A stretch of DNA of 64,000 nt from Cycas panzhihuaensis. Taxonomy: Eukaryota; Plantae; Cycadophyta. This document shows, piece by piece, positions 1-12,523 of the stretch. The notes under the pieces are model-generated. The model was not told where the DNA came from, did no database searches, and worked only from the letters and a program-made list of their open reading frames with translations. The translations under genes were made by a program, and so were the position numbers. The stretch lies in assembly GCA_023213395.1 (NCBI GenBank), contig CM041465.1:184581741-184645740 (forward strand), read 5' to 3'. The number at the start of each line of letters is the position of its first letter. Positions within the stretch are counted from its first letter, which is position 1.

Positions 1-1460
1 GTATTCCATTCTAAAGCATGATACTTGGAAGCTTACTAAATTCCCTCTTGAAAAGAAGCTAATTAATTATCATTGGCTTTCTAAACTAAGTATCATGCTG
101 ATGACTCCATTAAAAGACACATAGCATGTATTATTGCAAAAGGCTTTAAATAATAAGAAGGAATTGACTATGATGATACCTTTACAACTGTTGCCAACAT
201 GACAATATTTAATGTGGTTATATTACTAGTAGCCCAATTCAAATGTCTTGTTTATCAAATAGACATAAAGAGTGATTTCTTTAAAAGAGACCTTTCTAAA
301 GAAGTTTTCTTAGGACAACCTCCTGATTATATTGTTCTTAGAAAAGAACATTTAGTTTACAAGCTCAAGAAAGCTCTATATGGACTTAAGGAAGCACCTC
401 ATGCCTGATATATAAAGATTGATGCCTTCTCTCTCATGCATGGATTAAACCATTTATTCTCAGATCCCAATCTATACTTTTAGATTTGTAACAACTTAAT
501 CACTGTTGTTGTTCTCTATATTGATGACTTGTCTATAATTGAAAATAATGATGAAGAGATCTCTTGTCTCTAATAAGAATGTAAAAGTAACTTTGAGATG
601 ATTGACCTTAGATTACTTCACTATGTTTTAGGCATTGAGGTATGATAAGAACCATGACACATTTTCTTAGTATAATCCAAATATATGAATGATCTCTCAC
701 AATGATTCAAAATGAGTGATTGTAAACCTTCATCTATACCTATGGAAACTTATACCAAGTTGATCATGGATGAACAAGACAAACCTATTGATTCCATTCT
801 TTACGAATAGCTTGTGAGAGTTTGATTTATCTTACTCACACTTACCTTGATATTTCATATATAGTTGAGATTTACTCTAGGTATATATCTCAACCTAAGA
901 TGTTACATTCAAAATCTACCATCAAAATTATCAAGTATATTTGTGGCACATTATAGCTTGGACTAGACTATAACCAAGTTGAAACTCCTATTTTAAAAGG
1001 ATTCACTAATACAAACTGGGCTGGTTGTCAGGATTCTTACCATTCTACTTCAGGATATTATTTTGACTTGAACTCAGCTACTATTTCTTAGAGTTGTAAA
1101 AAATAACCTAATTTTGCTCTTTCATCTACCAAAGTAGAATATAAAGTAATTGTTCATATTGCTATAGAAGTGATCTAGTTATGTAAGATTTTTATAGAAT
1201 TTAGTCTTGAATGAACTCTTATATATTGTGATAATAAGAGTATATTGAAGATGATCGGTAACCTTATTTTCCATGCATATGTAAAACACATTGAGGCCCA
1301 TCATCATTTCATTTGTGAACATGTGCAAGATAGATAAATTCATCTAGTGTACTAATTGACCCAAGACTAGGTTGCATACATATTCACTAAAGCACTTGGT
1401 AAACTAAAGTTTGAAAGGTTTTGGCATAACCTCGACATCAGAATCAATGAAGTATTCATT
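1..1460 (+). pseudogene. Ty1/Copia pol 3' part (RT + RNase H), degenerate
   Basis: ORF 199-408 has VYQIDIKSDF and VYKLKKALYGLKEAP. Downstream are LYIDD (~515), MIDLRLLHYVLG, and RNase H motifs (IYCDN ~1220, KHIEAHHHFI ~1283, IFTKALG ~1382). Many in-frame stops. Confidence 0.9.
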
Positions 1461-1797
1461 AAGGGATGATGTTAAATTATAATGACATCTTCATGTACTT
1501 TTATATATTTGTAACTTAAGTTGTAATTTTGTGTTATAATCCTAGTTAAGGGTTATCACCCACCTTTGCCTTATAATGAATTAATGAAATGTGATCGATA
1601 TGAGGCCCAATTAAATGTAAGTGGGAGTGATATCAAAACCTTTATAAATTAAGGCCATATCCTCACCTATGATAATGATGGTTGATAAGATTTGAAACTC
1701 TATCAAATTCTATATCAAGCATCAACTAATTTAATCCCCTATTATTTCAATATATTATATTCATTGAATATATGTATGATATTCTTTTGATAAGTTT

Positions 1798-2117
1798 TGA
1801 TATGATTCCTTCGGGGATTCATTTACACTTGATCAAAAAATCAAAATATACAATATAAATAGAGCATAAAGTCTTATATCAAATGGGCAGTAATAATTTC
1901 TTATTCAGAAACTAGGTTCCTTTACATCTATAAGGCCTTAAATAAGCAAAATGACCATTTAGTCCATGAATCTAATTAGAGAGGCATTCAACCTTTATTT
2001 TCATTGGTGGCCCTAAGTGGCCTATGGATACCTTTTAATAGTTAACATTAACATCTATCTTTAATTAGAAAAAGTACCTTCACTAGGGTTTTATCAACCA
2101 TTAGCGATTATATAATA
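1798..2117 (-). repeat. 3' LTR of chromovirus 1798-16040
   Basis: Aligns with 15698-16040 (about 75-80% by eye, one ~23-bp indel). Preceded by AGTTT. Confidence 0.85.
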
Positions 2118-2139
2118 GGCCTGCTCTCATGAGATGTTG

Positions 2140-5100
2140 AGTTCCCAAAGTGTAAGAGATATGGATGTTGCTTGAAGAATTCATCTAGTTCTTATGTTGC
2201 TTCCTCTAGTCCACTACTAGTCCATTATTCTAAGTGCTCAGAAATGGTTTTGTTTTAGAGATGGCAGTGTCTAGTTTCTAAGATACAGTTTGGAGGAATG
2301 GTTAGGAGTTGTTCTTCAATGATAATTTAGAGAGTGGTCTGTGGGACAATGGACTTACTAAGGAGATTTTTAAGGTATAAAACATGGAAATCAGTATGGT
2401 TCTTAGTATTAGAAGGGAGTTCAAGGGCATATATAACTTCTCCAATGTATTGGCTAACGTTATAGGGGCCATAGTATTAAGGACTAAGTTTATGATTTGT
2501 TCTATAATGAAGTTATTGATGCTTATAAGGCTAGACGTGAACAAAGACCATATCACTAATGGAAAGGTTCGATCAGAGTGATGGCAATCAACAAATTACT
2601 TCATGTGATTTTGAGCCATGGCTAGATTTTGCTTAAGTGTGTTTAGGATTTGGTCCATGTCTTACAATTCTTATTGCACTGAGGTTGTATGTAGGTTAGT
2701 GGCTAATGTATAGTGGGATGGTGAGGGATAACCGTAAAGGGCCATGAATGGAGACATGCCAATTGTAGAGTGGTGGGAAGACTTATACTAATATTTTGTT
2801 AAAGCTAGCTAGGAGGTCCATCGTTTTTGGTGTTTAGATGTAAAATAATGAAGATATATCTCTAAGGTTTAATTAAGGACCTCTGATTAACCATTTTTCT
2901 ATCGATGATATGAGGAACTCATGTTAAAGGAGGTGCTAACTACATGAAAGAGTTCTTGCTAAAAGGAAGATATGAATTTGGGATATCAATAAGAGACTAT
3001 GGTGGATGGAAAACCATGGAGGTAAAAAATGAATTGGATATAGAGGTCAACTAGGTAAGGGGCTTGGTAAAATGTGCGGAATGGTAGAAAGTGGGTATAT
3101 TTTGTTAGTTAATCAATGATTACCCAGATGGAGTCATTTCGATCTAAGGGTGGAAGACCTGTAATGAAGTCGATTGTGATATCTTGCCATTTGCCCTATG
3201 GGATTTAAAGGGGTTGGAGGAGCCTAGGTTGAGCCTTTATATCTACCTTGTTGCATTAGCATATGTCACATTCTACTATAAAGGTTAATATAAAGGATTT
3301 TATTTGAGGCTAGTAAAAGTCAGAGCAAATTCAATGATAAGTCTTATCAAAACCTGAGAGACCTCCTAAGGGGGTGGTGTGGTACTTGATCAAGATATGA
3401 GGAATGAATGTATAGGATAGATAGACAAATATTTTATTTTTATAGAAAAGGTGGGTGTTGTACAAGGTTGAATCCTTCTGAGTGTGAATCTTTGAGGACC
3501 ACTTACTGAAATCAGGTTAGGATTAGTTATCATTGACTAATTCTTAGAGCCACATAGGTTGAGGGGAAGAGATGACTTGTAAGATGGGCTTAGAGGTGGG
3601 TCCAATGAGAGATGAGAGAGAGCATCAACTACAACATCTTCTTTGCCCTTTTTATAAGATATAGTGAAGTCAAACACTTGGAGGTGATCAACACACTTTG
3701 CTTGCTCTTTAGAAAGGATATGCTATTTAAGGAGATGATGGAGATTATGGTGGTTAATTAAAATAGTGAATTTGGATCTTATTAAATACTGATACCACTT
3801 ATCAACTACATGGAGGATAACCTTCATTTCTTTTTGGTAAGTTAAAAGTTGATGTTCATAGTCTTTTAGTTTTTAAATTTCAAAGGTAATTAGATGAAAA
3901 TCCTGTATGAGGATAACTCCAAAGCCTACACCAAATGCATCATATTCAAGTTGGAATGGTTTGGAAAATGCTGACTTATCTATATAGGGGTGGTAGACAT
4001 AAGCAATTTGAGATGTTTGAAGGCATCATCAATATTAGGGGACCATTGAAAGGGGTCCTTACTAAGTAAATTAATTAGGGGGTGCAGTAATGGAAGCATA
4101 ATTTTTAATGAATCATTGATAAAAGCATGTGAGTCTAAGGAAAGCTCATAGTTGAGTGAGAGTCTTTAGGGTAGGCTATGTGATGATGGCTAGAATTTTA
4201 TCAGGGTCCACTCGAACACCTTTTTCTGAGATGATATGGCCCAGATATTGGAGTTCAATCTTCCCAGATTCATTCTTAGTCAGTTTGGTATAGAGTTTGT
4301 ATTAGGAAAGAAGTTGAAGGGCAATTTCTAGATGCTATATATGGCCAGACATAGAAGAACTATATATGAGAATATCATAAAAAAAATGATGAACTTGCAA
4401 ATGTTGCAACCAAATATCTTGTTCATTAGACCTTGAAATATGGTTAGGGAATTGCATAATCTTAAGGGCATAACCTAGAATTTAAAATACCCATGGTGTG
4501 TTTGAAAAGCAGTCTTATGACAAATTTTCAAGGGCAATAGGGATTTGATAGTAACTTGATTGGAGATCCAATTTAGAGAAAATGGTGGCCCCATGAATTT
4601 TATCTAATATATTATCAATGCAAGTAATGGGGAATTTATTTTTAATCATGAGTTTGTTAAGCTCTTGATAATCAATATAAAGGTAAATGAGCCATACTTT
4701 TTTTGAACAAGTATAATGGGGGTTGCGTAAGTACTATTACTCGATTGGATTATTCCCATGTCCATAAGTTCTATTATGATTTGTTCGATTTTATTTTTCT
4801 GAAAGTAGAAGTTGCGATACGGTCATAGGCTAATGGGGTTATGAGGTCTTTTAAGCTCGATGGTATGGTGGAAACCTCAGTCTAGGGGTGGGCTACTAGG
4901 AAGTGGGTTAAAGATAGATTGATACTTGATGAGGATTGCTTGGATGTCACGGTGAATATCAACTTGATGTTGAATATTCTATATAACTGACACTACTATT
5001 TAGTAATAAACTCATTTGTCTTAGGGTCAAGAGTTTATTGGGAGGTGGTTGGAGTCCATATAATTTGTGAGTTTGTCCAAAGTGGTTTTTAAATAAAATG

Positions 5101-6400
5101 AATAGGTTGTAGGGTGAATTTTTAATATTGTATGTGCATAGGGTTTGGAGCCATTGAGCTCCTAGGATTGCATTCGATCCACCTATAGAAAGGGCATAAA
5201 AATCAAAATCTAGTTGGTATGTGCTAATTTAGATATGGAGATTTTTAATAAGGCCTATATAATGGAGTTTGTAATGCCCTAGTAAAGAGCAGGTGAACCT
5301 AGTTTTAGGAACTATATATAGGTTAAGTTGTCTAACCAGGGGGATATCAATGAAGTTAAGTGATGTACTGCCATCGATTAGGATAGTTATACAGATCTTC
5401 TTTAATGTACCTTTGACACATAGGGGTTCATGATAGGGCATAAACTAGATAGTTAAGGAAATAGTAGAAAGAGAAACTTCAGGTTTGGAATTAGGGTCTA
5501 TAGGAGAATTAGTAGCAGGGTCATCCTCAGGCTCAATGTCTATATCTAGATCTTCATCAATTAAGGTTTGTAGGATCAATGGTGAAGACCATATGCTTGG
5601 TTTTATATACCTTACTATGTCTAAAAGTCCATTTCTCTGTACATTAGATGCAAAGGCCTACTTCCTGACATCTATTGGCTTCGATAGTAGTCACTCAATC
5701 AGATCTTGTAGTTTGTTTAGCTAGTGGTCATTATATTGTAGGGCATTTTATTATAGGGTGATTATCCCAACAATCCTCCCATCAGGGTCATGGTCATTGT
5801 GTGTCTAATGGGCAAGAGCGTGGATACCAAGATGTATCCTATCGAGAAGTGAAAGTGTACTCAACTACAAATTTTGCTTCCACTATTTTTGCCATGGTTA
5901 GAGCCTGTCTTAAAGTATTTAGTGGCTATGTTTTTAGGTACATCTGGATGCGATCTTTGAGACCATCCATATAGATTTCCACCAGTGTGGGTTGATCGAG
6001 CTACATGTTGACCCTGTTCTAAAGAGCTTGGAACTTATTAGTGAAAGCTTCAACTGTTGAGGACAATTTTAGTTGAGTGAGTTGGATGAAAAAGTTTTGG
6101 TTCCATATGTCCTCATATCACTCAAAGAAGCTTTTACAAAATTGATCCTAAGATTGATTTACAAGGTATTCCCTTTGCCACCATTGAAACTAATGATGAG
6201 CTTACCTATCAAGATGGATAGAAGTAAAGGTAAGGCAGTCATCAATCGATATGGGGTGGAGTTAGAAATATGACTCCAACTTACTAATCCTACTCCTTAC
6301 ATTATCCTTATTTAACTCTGGATCAAAAACAGGGATGCTGATTTTATGAGAGAAGGGTAGCTATCATGGATAATTCTAAAATAGAGGAGGTGATGGCATC
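2140..6400 (-). pseudogene. Gypsy gag-pol remnant (gag, protease, RT, RNase H, integrase, chromodomain)
   Basis: Protease ILIDGSTSLNFI (ORF 5229-5441). RT region [10 protein letters not shown]...FSKLDL (~4560-4650). RNase H ECDA-like motif (~3940). Integrase WQDITIDFI (~3165-3190). C-terminal PNCILETR...W...EEAT*E chromodomain-like end (~2160-2300). Confidence 0.85.
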
Positions 6401-7749
6401 TGCTATTGATTGGTTGGCCTTGTTTAACTGGAGGTACTTCCTTGGTTGACAAGCTTTTGGAATAGTTACGAGGATTTTGTAATATTAATCTTAATGTTTA
6501 AGAATTAACATTTTAGGTCTACAAATTATTTTGTATTGTGGTCATTATTATTACTAAGTTATTCTTGCATGTTACAAAATTTGTCCTTAATGGCTATGAA
6601 ATTGATTTTAAGTTATTGGAGTTTATCAACTTGTTTGGTTACCATCATTGATTTTGAGTACTAACTTATCTAAGAGAAGAGGATTGATCAGAATGGGACT
6701 AGACAGAAGAATAAGATTGTATGAAGTGGGAAGAGGAAGAAAGAACAAAATGACGAAGTAGGGATATATAGGAAGAAATGGATTGAAAGAAGATGGGGGT
6801 TAAGTGAGGGGATAAGAGGGGGGCAGGGGCTAGGGTGTCTATAGCCAGTTGACCCCAAAGTATAATGGACTCACCTAGTACACCAAAACAAGCATGAAAA
6901 GCCTATTGAGATGGGGTAGGTGAGTTTTAAGTGATTTTTTTTTGCCCATGGGGCCCTCGAGTATCCTAGGTACTGATAAGCATGAAAATTGACTGCCAAA
7001 ACTACCCTAGTACAAAATGACCTGGAGGACGTGCTAATCAAACTAAGGTATATGAATTTTAATGGTACTTTTTTTACTGTGGAGGAGTACTAGAAAGCGT
7101 GACTAAGTGGAGTTCCTTTTTTTTTTGCCCTTTTTTTCTTTCTATTTTCTTTCTTTCTTTCTCTTTTTCTTTTTGTTCTTGTTTTCTTTTTTCTTCCCTC
7201 TCTTATTTCAAGAAGTCTGAATTCAAAGAGTACTTTAGAAATTGGGCTCTTTTTTTTTTCTTTTTCGTATAAACACTATGTTGTGCACTCTCAAATGAAA
7301 AGTGAGACAAGATGTAAGTGATATAGGGTGTCCTACCAACCACTAAAAAAGGTGTTCTTGGTATTATAGGCTTACTAATAAACTTCTAAACTAGAAATTC
7401 AGGACAAGTAACTTTGTGGTGCTAATCACTAACCACTACACTACAAGACTTTAGCGGCCAATAGTTTACCTATAGTAGGGAGGATTTAGGACCTAAAGAG
7501 GTCCTCCTATATACCTAAAGGTATGTGGAGGCATATTTTTATAGACAGGTTCTGTCTAAGGCTTGGTTCAAGAGTGTTATCTCCAATCCTTTATGTAAGA
7601 GGTTGGAAAGCCATGATGTGCTTAGCCAGAATGACATATCCCTATGATATTTAAAGACCTATGGTATAGGGTTTATACCTAACTACTTGGGTAACTTCCC
7701 AATGGTGTTATATGTGGGGGAAAAAGGGTAGCCACCCAGTGGTATTATC

Positions 7750-8307
7750 TGTGAAAAGAGGCCCAATGGCCTCACAGTCCCAAGATTTAGAAGCTAGGAT
7801 CACTCTAGTTCTAGAAAGCATAAATGCTTAACAAATATAATACTCTCAAGATAAAAGAAAGCATAAGAGACAAAACATAAAATGAAGGAGCAAGAGAAAT
7901 GATACCAAATGTGTGGGGTTGGAATTGGTCCAACCTCCAAAAGAATAAACAGTTTGATTAGCAAACTGATAGCATAACAATACAACTCTAACTCCCATAT
8001 GAGACAAAGAGAAGAGGTCTTATTATATAGAGTGAAATGAGAGACCTAAGGCCTTAGATGTTTGACAAGTGTCAAACATCCAAGGTACATGCCTTGCATG
8101 TTGGACATGTGTCCTTTTGGGGCTCTTATGTGAGCAAAAGTGCATGGGGGTCTATTTGACCCTTTAGTGACAATATTGTGTAACTAGAAAGAATGTGGGT
8201 GTGAACTTTATCACTTAAGTGATAAGTCACCTCTAAAATACAACTTTATAAATATTACATGAAAAAATAAAGTGCATAATCTTAACATACAAACATAAGG
8301 TTTAACA
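7750..8307 (-). repeat. 3' LTR of Copia 7750-15388
   Basis: Direct repeat of 14831-15388. Starts TGTGAAAAG, ends TTTAACA, adjacent to the PPT. Confidence 0.95.
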
Positions 8308-8309
8308 CC

Positions 8310-11300
8310 CCCTTACTGTTTACAATGTTAAGTCGGATACCAAGACCATCTCTAAATTTTACAAACTTTTCTTTACCAAGAGACTTGGTAAAGATGTCTG
8401 TTGTCTGCTCCTCTGTGGAGTGCATCTTGGAGGTTGATCTCACCATTCTACACATGCTCTCTGATGAAGTGATGGTGAACCTTGATGTGATTTGTCTGTG
8501 CATGAAAAACTGGATTCTTGGCTAACTTGAGTACACTTTGATTATCACAATATATCCTGGTGGGGTGATTTTGCTCAAGTCCAAGTTCCCCAAGAATCTG
8601 TCATAGCTAGATAGCCTCACAAGCTGTACTGACTCTAGCTTTGTACTCTGCTTTGGTGGAAGATAAGGTAACATTGGGTTGCTTCTTGTAACTCCATGAA
8701 ACAACTGCTGAACCAAGGGAAAAATAGTATCCTGAGGTTGATCTCCTACTATCTTGGTAACCTGCCCAATTAGAATCTTAGAACCCTTCTAGAGTGAAGT
8801 TCTCATTATGCATATACTCAAGGCCATGCTATAATGTGCCTTTGATATATTTAAGTATGCATTTAGCTGCATTCCAATGTATCTGATTAGGTTGAGACAT
8901 GTATCATGAATAAATCCCAATTGTAAATGAAATGTCCAGTCGAGTATTGGTGAGATAAATGAGGCTCCCAATGAATTGTCGGTAGAGTGTGGGATCTGTA
9001 GGTGCAGCTTCTTCATTAAGAGTAAGCTTAGATCCATTCTCCATTAGTGTAGGTGCTAGTTTGTAGTTGTGTATCCTGAACCATTGCAAAATGTCCCAAG
9101 AATATTTTACTTGGGAGATGAAGATATAGCCTGGCTGTTGCCATATCTCAAAGCTTAAGAAATAGTGAAGAAGTCTAAGATCTGTCATCTCGAAACTTCT
9201 TTTTAAGTCATCCTAGAGAATGTTTATCATCTTAGTGTCATTGCCAGTGATCACTAAGTCATCTATATACAAGACAATAAGAATGGTGTGGTTCTTTTTA
9301 TTTTTGATGTATGGGTTAGGATCTGAAGTAGATCGATGACACCCATATCTCAAGAAGTAATCATCGATCTTTGAGTACCATGCTCTTGGAAATTGTTTCA
9401 AGCCATATAATGCCTTTTTTAGGTGACATGCAAAATGCTCCTTACCTTGTACTTTGTAACTGGGAGGTTGCTCTAAGTATACCTCCTACTAAAGATCACC
9501 ATTAAGAAAAGTGTTCTTCACGTCCATCTGATAGACTGGCCATTTGCATTGAGCAGCTAAGGCCAAGATGAGTCTAATGGTGTTCATATTTGCCATAGGT
9601 GCAAAAGTCTCCTCATAGTCTATGCCTTCCTTTTGTTTGAATCCTTTTACCATAAGGCGGGCCTTCTGCCGCTTAAGTGAACCATCAGAATGGAATTTGG
9701 TCTTGTAGACCCATTTGCAACTAATTACTTATTTGTATTTAGGCAATTCAACTAAATCCCAAGTACCATTCTTTTCAATAGAATGGATCTCTTCTTCCAT
9801 GGTAGCCTTCCAATTTTCATTTTTAGAAGCCTTCTCAAAAGTGGAAGGCTCATTGACACATAGCACTTCAGCCATAAGTGCATAATTGGTCTGCTACCTG
9901 TATTTTGATAGATGTTTTCCTTCAATGATGTGGCCGTCCTGTATAGTCTAAGTGTACCATTTTAGTAACTTTTGAATTGAAGTGACTTGAATCTCAAGAT
10001 CTTCTGGTCTGAGTGGTTGATCAACAAAAGTTATGCTTGGATCAAGTTGAGCAAACTCAATTGATGTAGACGGTCCAGTAGGTGCAGATGATGTACATGG
10101 AGTAGAAGATTGAGAGGGAAGGAAGGCCTCAATAGTCTTCTTACCTTTATCAATGGGAGGTTGCATGGATGCTGTTTGAAACTCTTGATGATCTTCTTCA
10201 GTAAAGATGACATCTCTTGAGAGATACATTTTCTTCCCAATAGGATCATACAACTTGTAAGCTTTTCTATGAATGGAATATCCTATAAATATACATTTGA
10301 GACGATGTTTGTCTAATTTTGTCCTTTGCTAATCGGGGATGTACATATAAGCAGTGCACCCAAAAGTCCTCAAATGGCTAATAGTAGGCTTTTTTCCAGA
10401 CCATGCCTCCTTGGGTGTCATATCGGTGACTGCTATAGTTAGACTGCGATTGGCCACATAGGCAGTTGTATGAAATGCTTCTACCCAGTAAGCTTGAGTG
10501 AGTCCTTGTACATGCATCATTGCTTTAACTTCATTAGCCAAAGTTCTATTCATTCGTTCAGAGACTCTATTTTGTTGAGGAGTGTGAGGAATGGTCAACT
10601 ATCTCCGAATGCCATTATCCTTACAGTATTGGGTGAATTTATTTTAAGTAAATTAACCACCATTGTCTATCCTTAATGTTTTGATGGAGTGGCCAAACTC
10701 TTTTTCTACTTCAAGCTTGAATTCTTTGAATTTGGAAAATGCTTCAGACTTTTACTTGATGAAGTAGACCTAGACTTTGTGAGAAAAGTCATCAATGAAG
10801 GAGATGTAATACAAGGCTCCTCCAAAAGATGCGGTGGACATAGGTCCACACAAATATGAGTGTACCAACTGCAACTGATGTGATGCATGCCATGCTTTGT
10901 CTTTAGGGAAAGGCAAGCGATGTTGAGTCCCTATTATGCATGCTTCACAAAGACATTTTATGCCATAGATCTTTAGAAGCCCATGTACCATATTTTTATT
11001 GATCATCTGCCTTAAATTGTCTAAGCTCAGATGGCCTAAACATTGATGCAAAAGTTGCATCTTGGACAAGTATGGAGTGACAACTGAACTAGAGTAAGCA
11101 TAATCAAGTGTTATATTATTTACATCCAATTTGTAGAGGCCTTGATCCTCATATCCAACAGTTAGTACTTGGTCATCTTTGTCACTAATTATACATTTCC
11201 TATTGTTAAACAAGACACTCATCTATTGCTTGTCCAACTTGCTAACAGATAGTAAGTTCTTGTCTATTGAAGGTATGAAGTAGGCATTACCATCAGTAAA

Positions 11301-12523
11301 TGAAGAGGAAGGATTTGATGAAGAATGAAATGAAGTCATTATGCTTATTTCAGAAATCTTAACAGATTGATTGTTCTCAAAGATCACTGATTGACCTTTA
11401 GCTTCCTTGATGTCGGTGAGGAGCTCTTAATTTCCAATCATGTGTTGCGAAGCTCCAGAATCGATGATCCAAGTTTCATCAAGCTTGGATGTTTGATATG
11501 CACAAAACAGTTTGTCTTCATCTGTAAACTGATTAAAGTAGCATTGATTGCCACCTTTAAACCCCCCCCCCCCCCCCTTCCTCTTTGACCTCCTTGACAG
11601 GCACCTCAATTTGGTTGAGGGGGATGCTGCTACTACTACTGTTGGAATCTTTGTTGGTATTGCTAACGTGGCTGTAGTTATCGCTGATTTGGTTGATGTG
11701 GCTACTACTGCTACTGTTGATGTAGATCTACTTGCTTCTTTCAACAATTAGGTGTTATGTGGCCAGGTTTACCACAATAATGACATACAACATTGGTCCT
11801 TAAAGACCCAATGTTCATGTTCCCAAACTGCTTTAAGAGTGCAGGTTTGGGGTTCTACTTGGCCTTTGAGTTGGCTGTGAATGTGCCTGATGTAGATGGT
11901 TCCTCCTTATTATCCTTGGTATAGATTTGTTCTTCTTGAAGTAGTAGACTTTCAAATTCATTGAATGTTATTCTTTTGAGAGAACCATCTCTTGTAGTAG
12001 ATGATATGAAGCCATTGTAGTCCTTTGGCAAAGCTTTGGTGATAGATGTGATTAGTTCATCTCTCGTTGCTGGAATACCTAGTGTATTTAACTCATTACA
12101 CACCTCCTTGATGGAGGAAAGAAAGGCTGACATTGGCTTGAAAAACTTTACAGAATATAACTTGGCTTTAACCATTAAAATGTGAGCTTTATCTCGCCTT
12201 TCATATAATGAAGACAAAATGTTCCAAGCTTCTTTAGAAGTGTTTGCATAAGTAATATTTTGATCCACATGTACATCAACAATCATATGAAGGAATGCCA
12301 TATCGATTTCATCTTTGGCTTCCCAAGTAGCAATAAGAGCATCATCAGGTTGCACAGTTATATTGCCATTGATAATAGGTACAGGTTGGGGTAGTCTTCC
12401 AGAAACATAACCCTAAAATTCATTCATGATCAACAAATTCTGAGTGATTCTTTTCTATTCTTGATAGTTATCTTAACCTATTAATTGAATGGTGCATGTA
12501 TTAAGCATATTAATAGCAGCCAT
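8310..12523 (-). pseudogene. Copia gag-pol polyprotein, disrupted by stops and frameshifts
   Basis: ATG at 12523. Gag ORF 11855-12355, CHYCGKPGH zinc knuckle (~11745-11790), protease WIIDSGASQHM, GAG-pre-integrase HQCLGH..CEAC, integrase PHTPQQNRVSERMNRTL, RT LYIDDL and MTDLRLLHYFL, RNase H DIFTKSLG. Confidence 0.93.

Noticed and set aside
1861-1890. Apparent second PBS suggesting tandem Gypsy elements sharing an LTR
   Set aside because: The homology extends to 1798/15698, where TG starts, a better PBS and the AGTTT TSD appear. The motif is internal to the LTR.
7800-7985. Duplicated hydrophobic ORF (also 14881-15072), possibly env-like
   Set aside because: It lies wholly within the two LTR copies, is short and T-rich, and has no recognisable motif.
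11548-11751. Pro-rich plus-strand ORF
   Set aside because: Antisense shadow of the low-complexity Gln/Asn/Gly linker and C-run in Copia gag.
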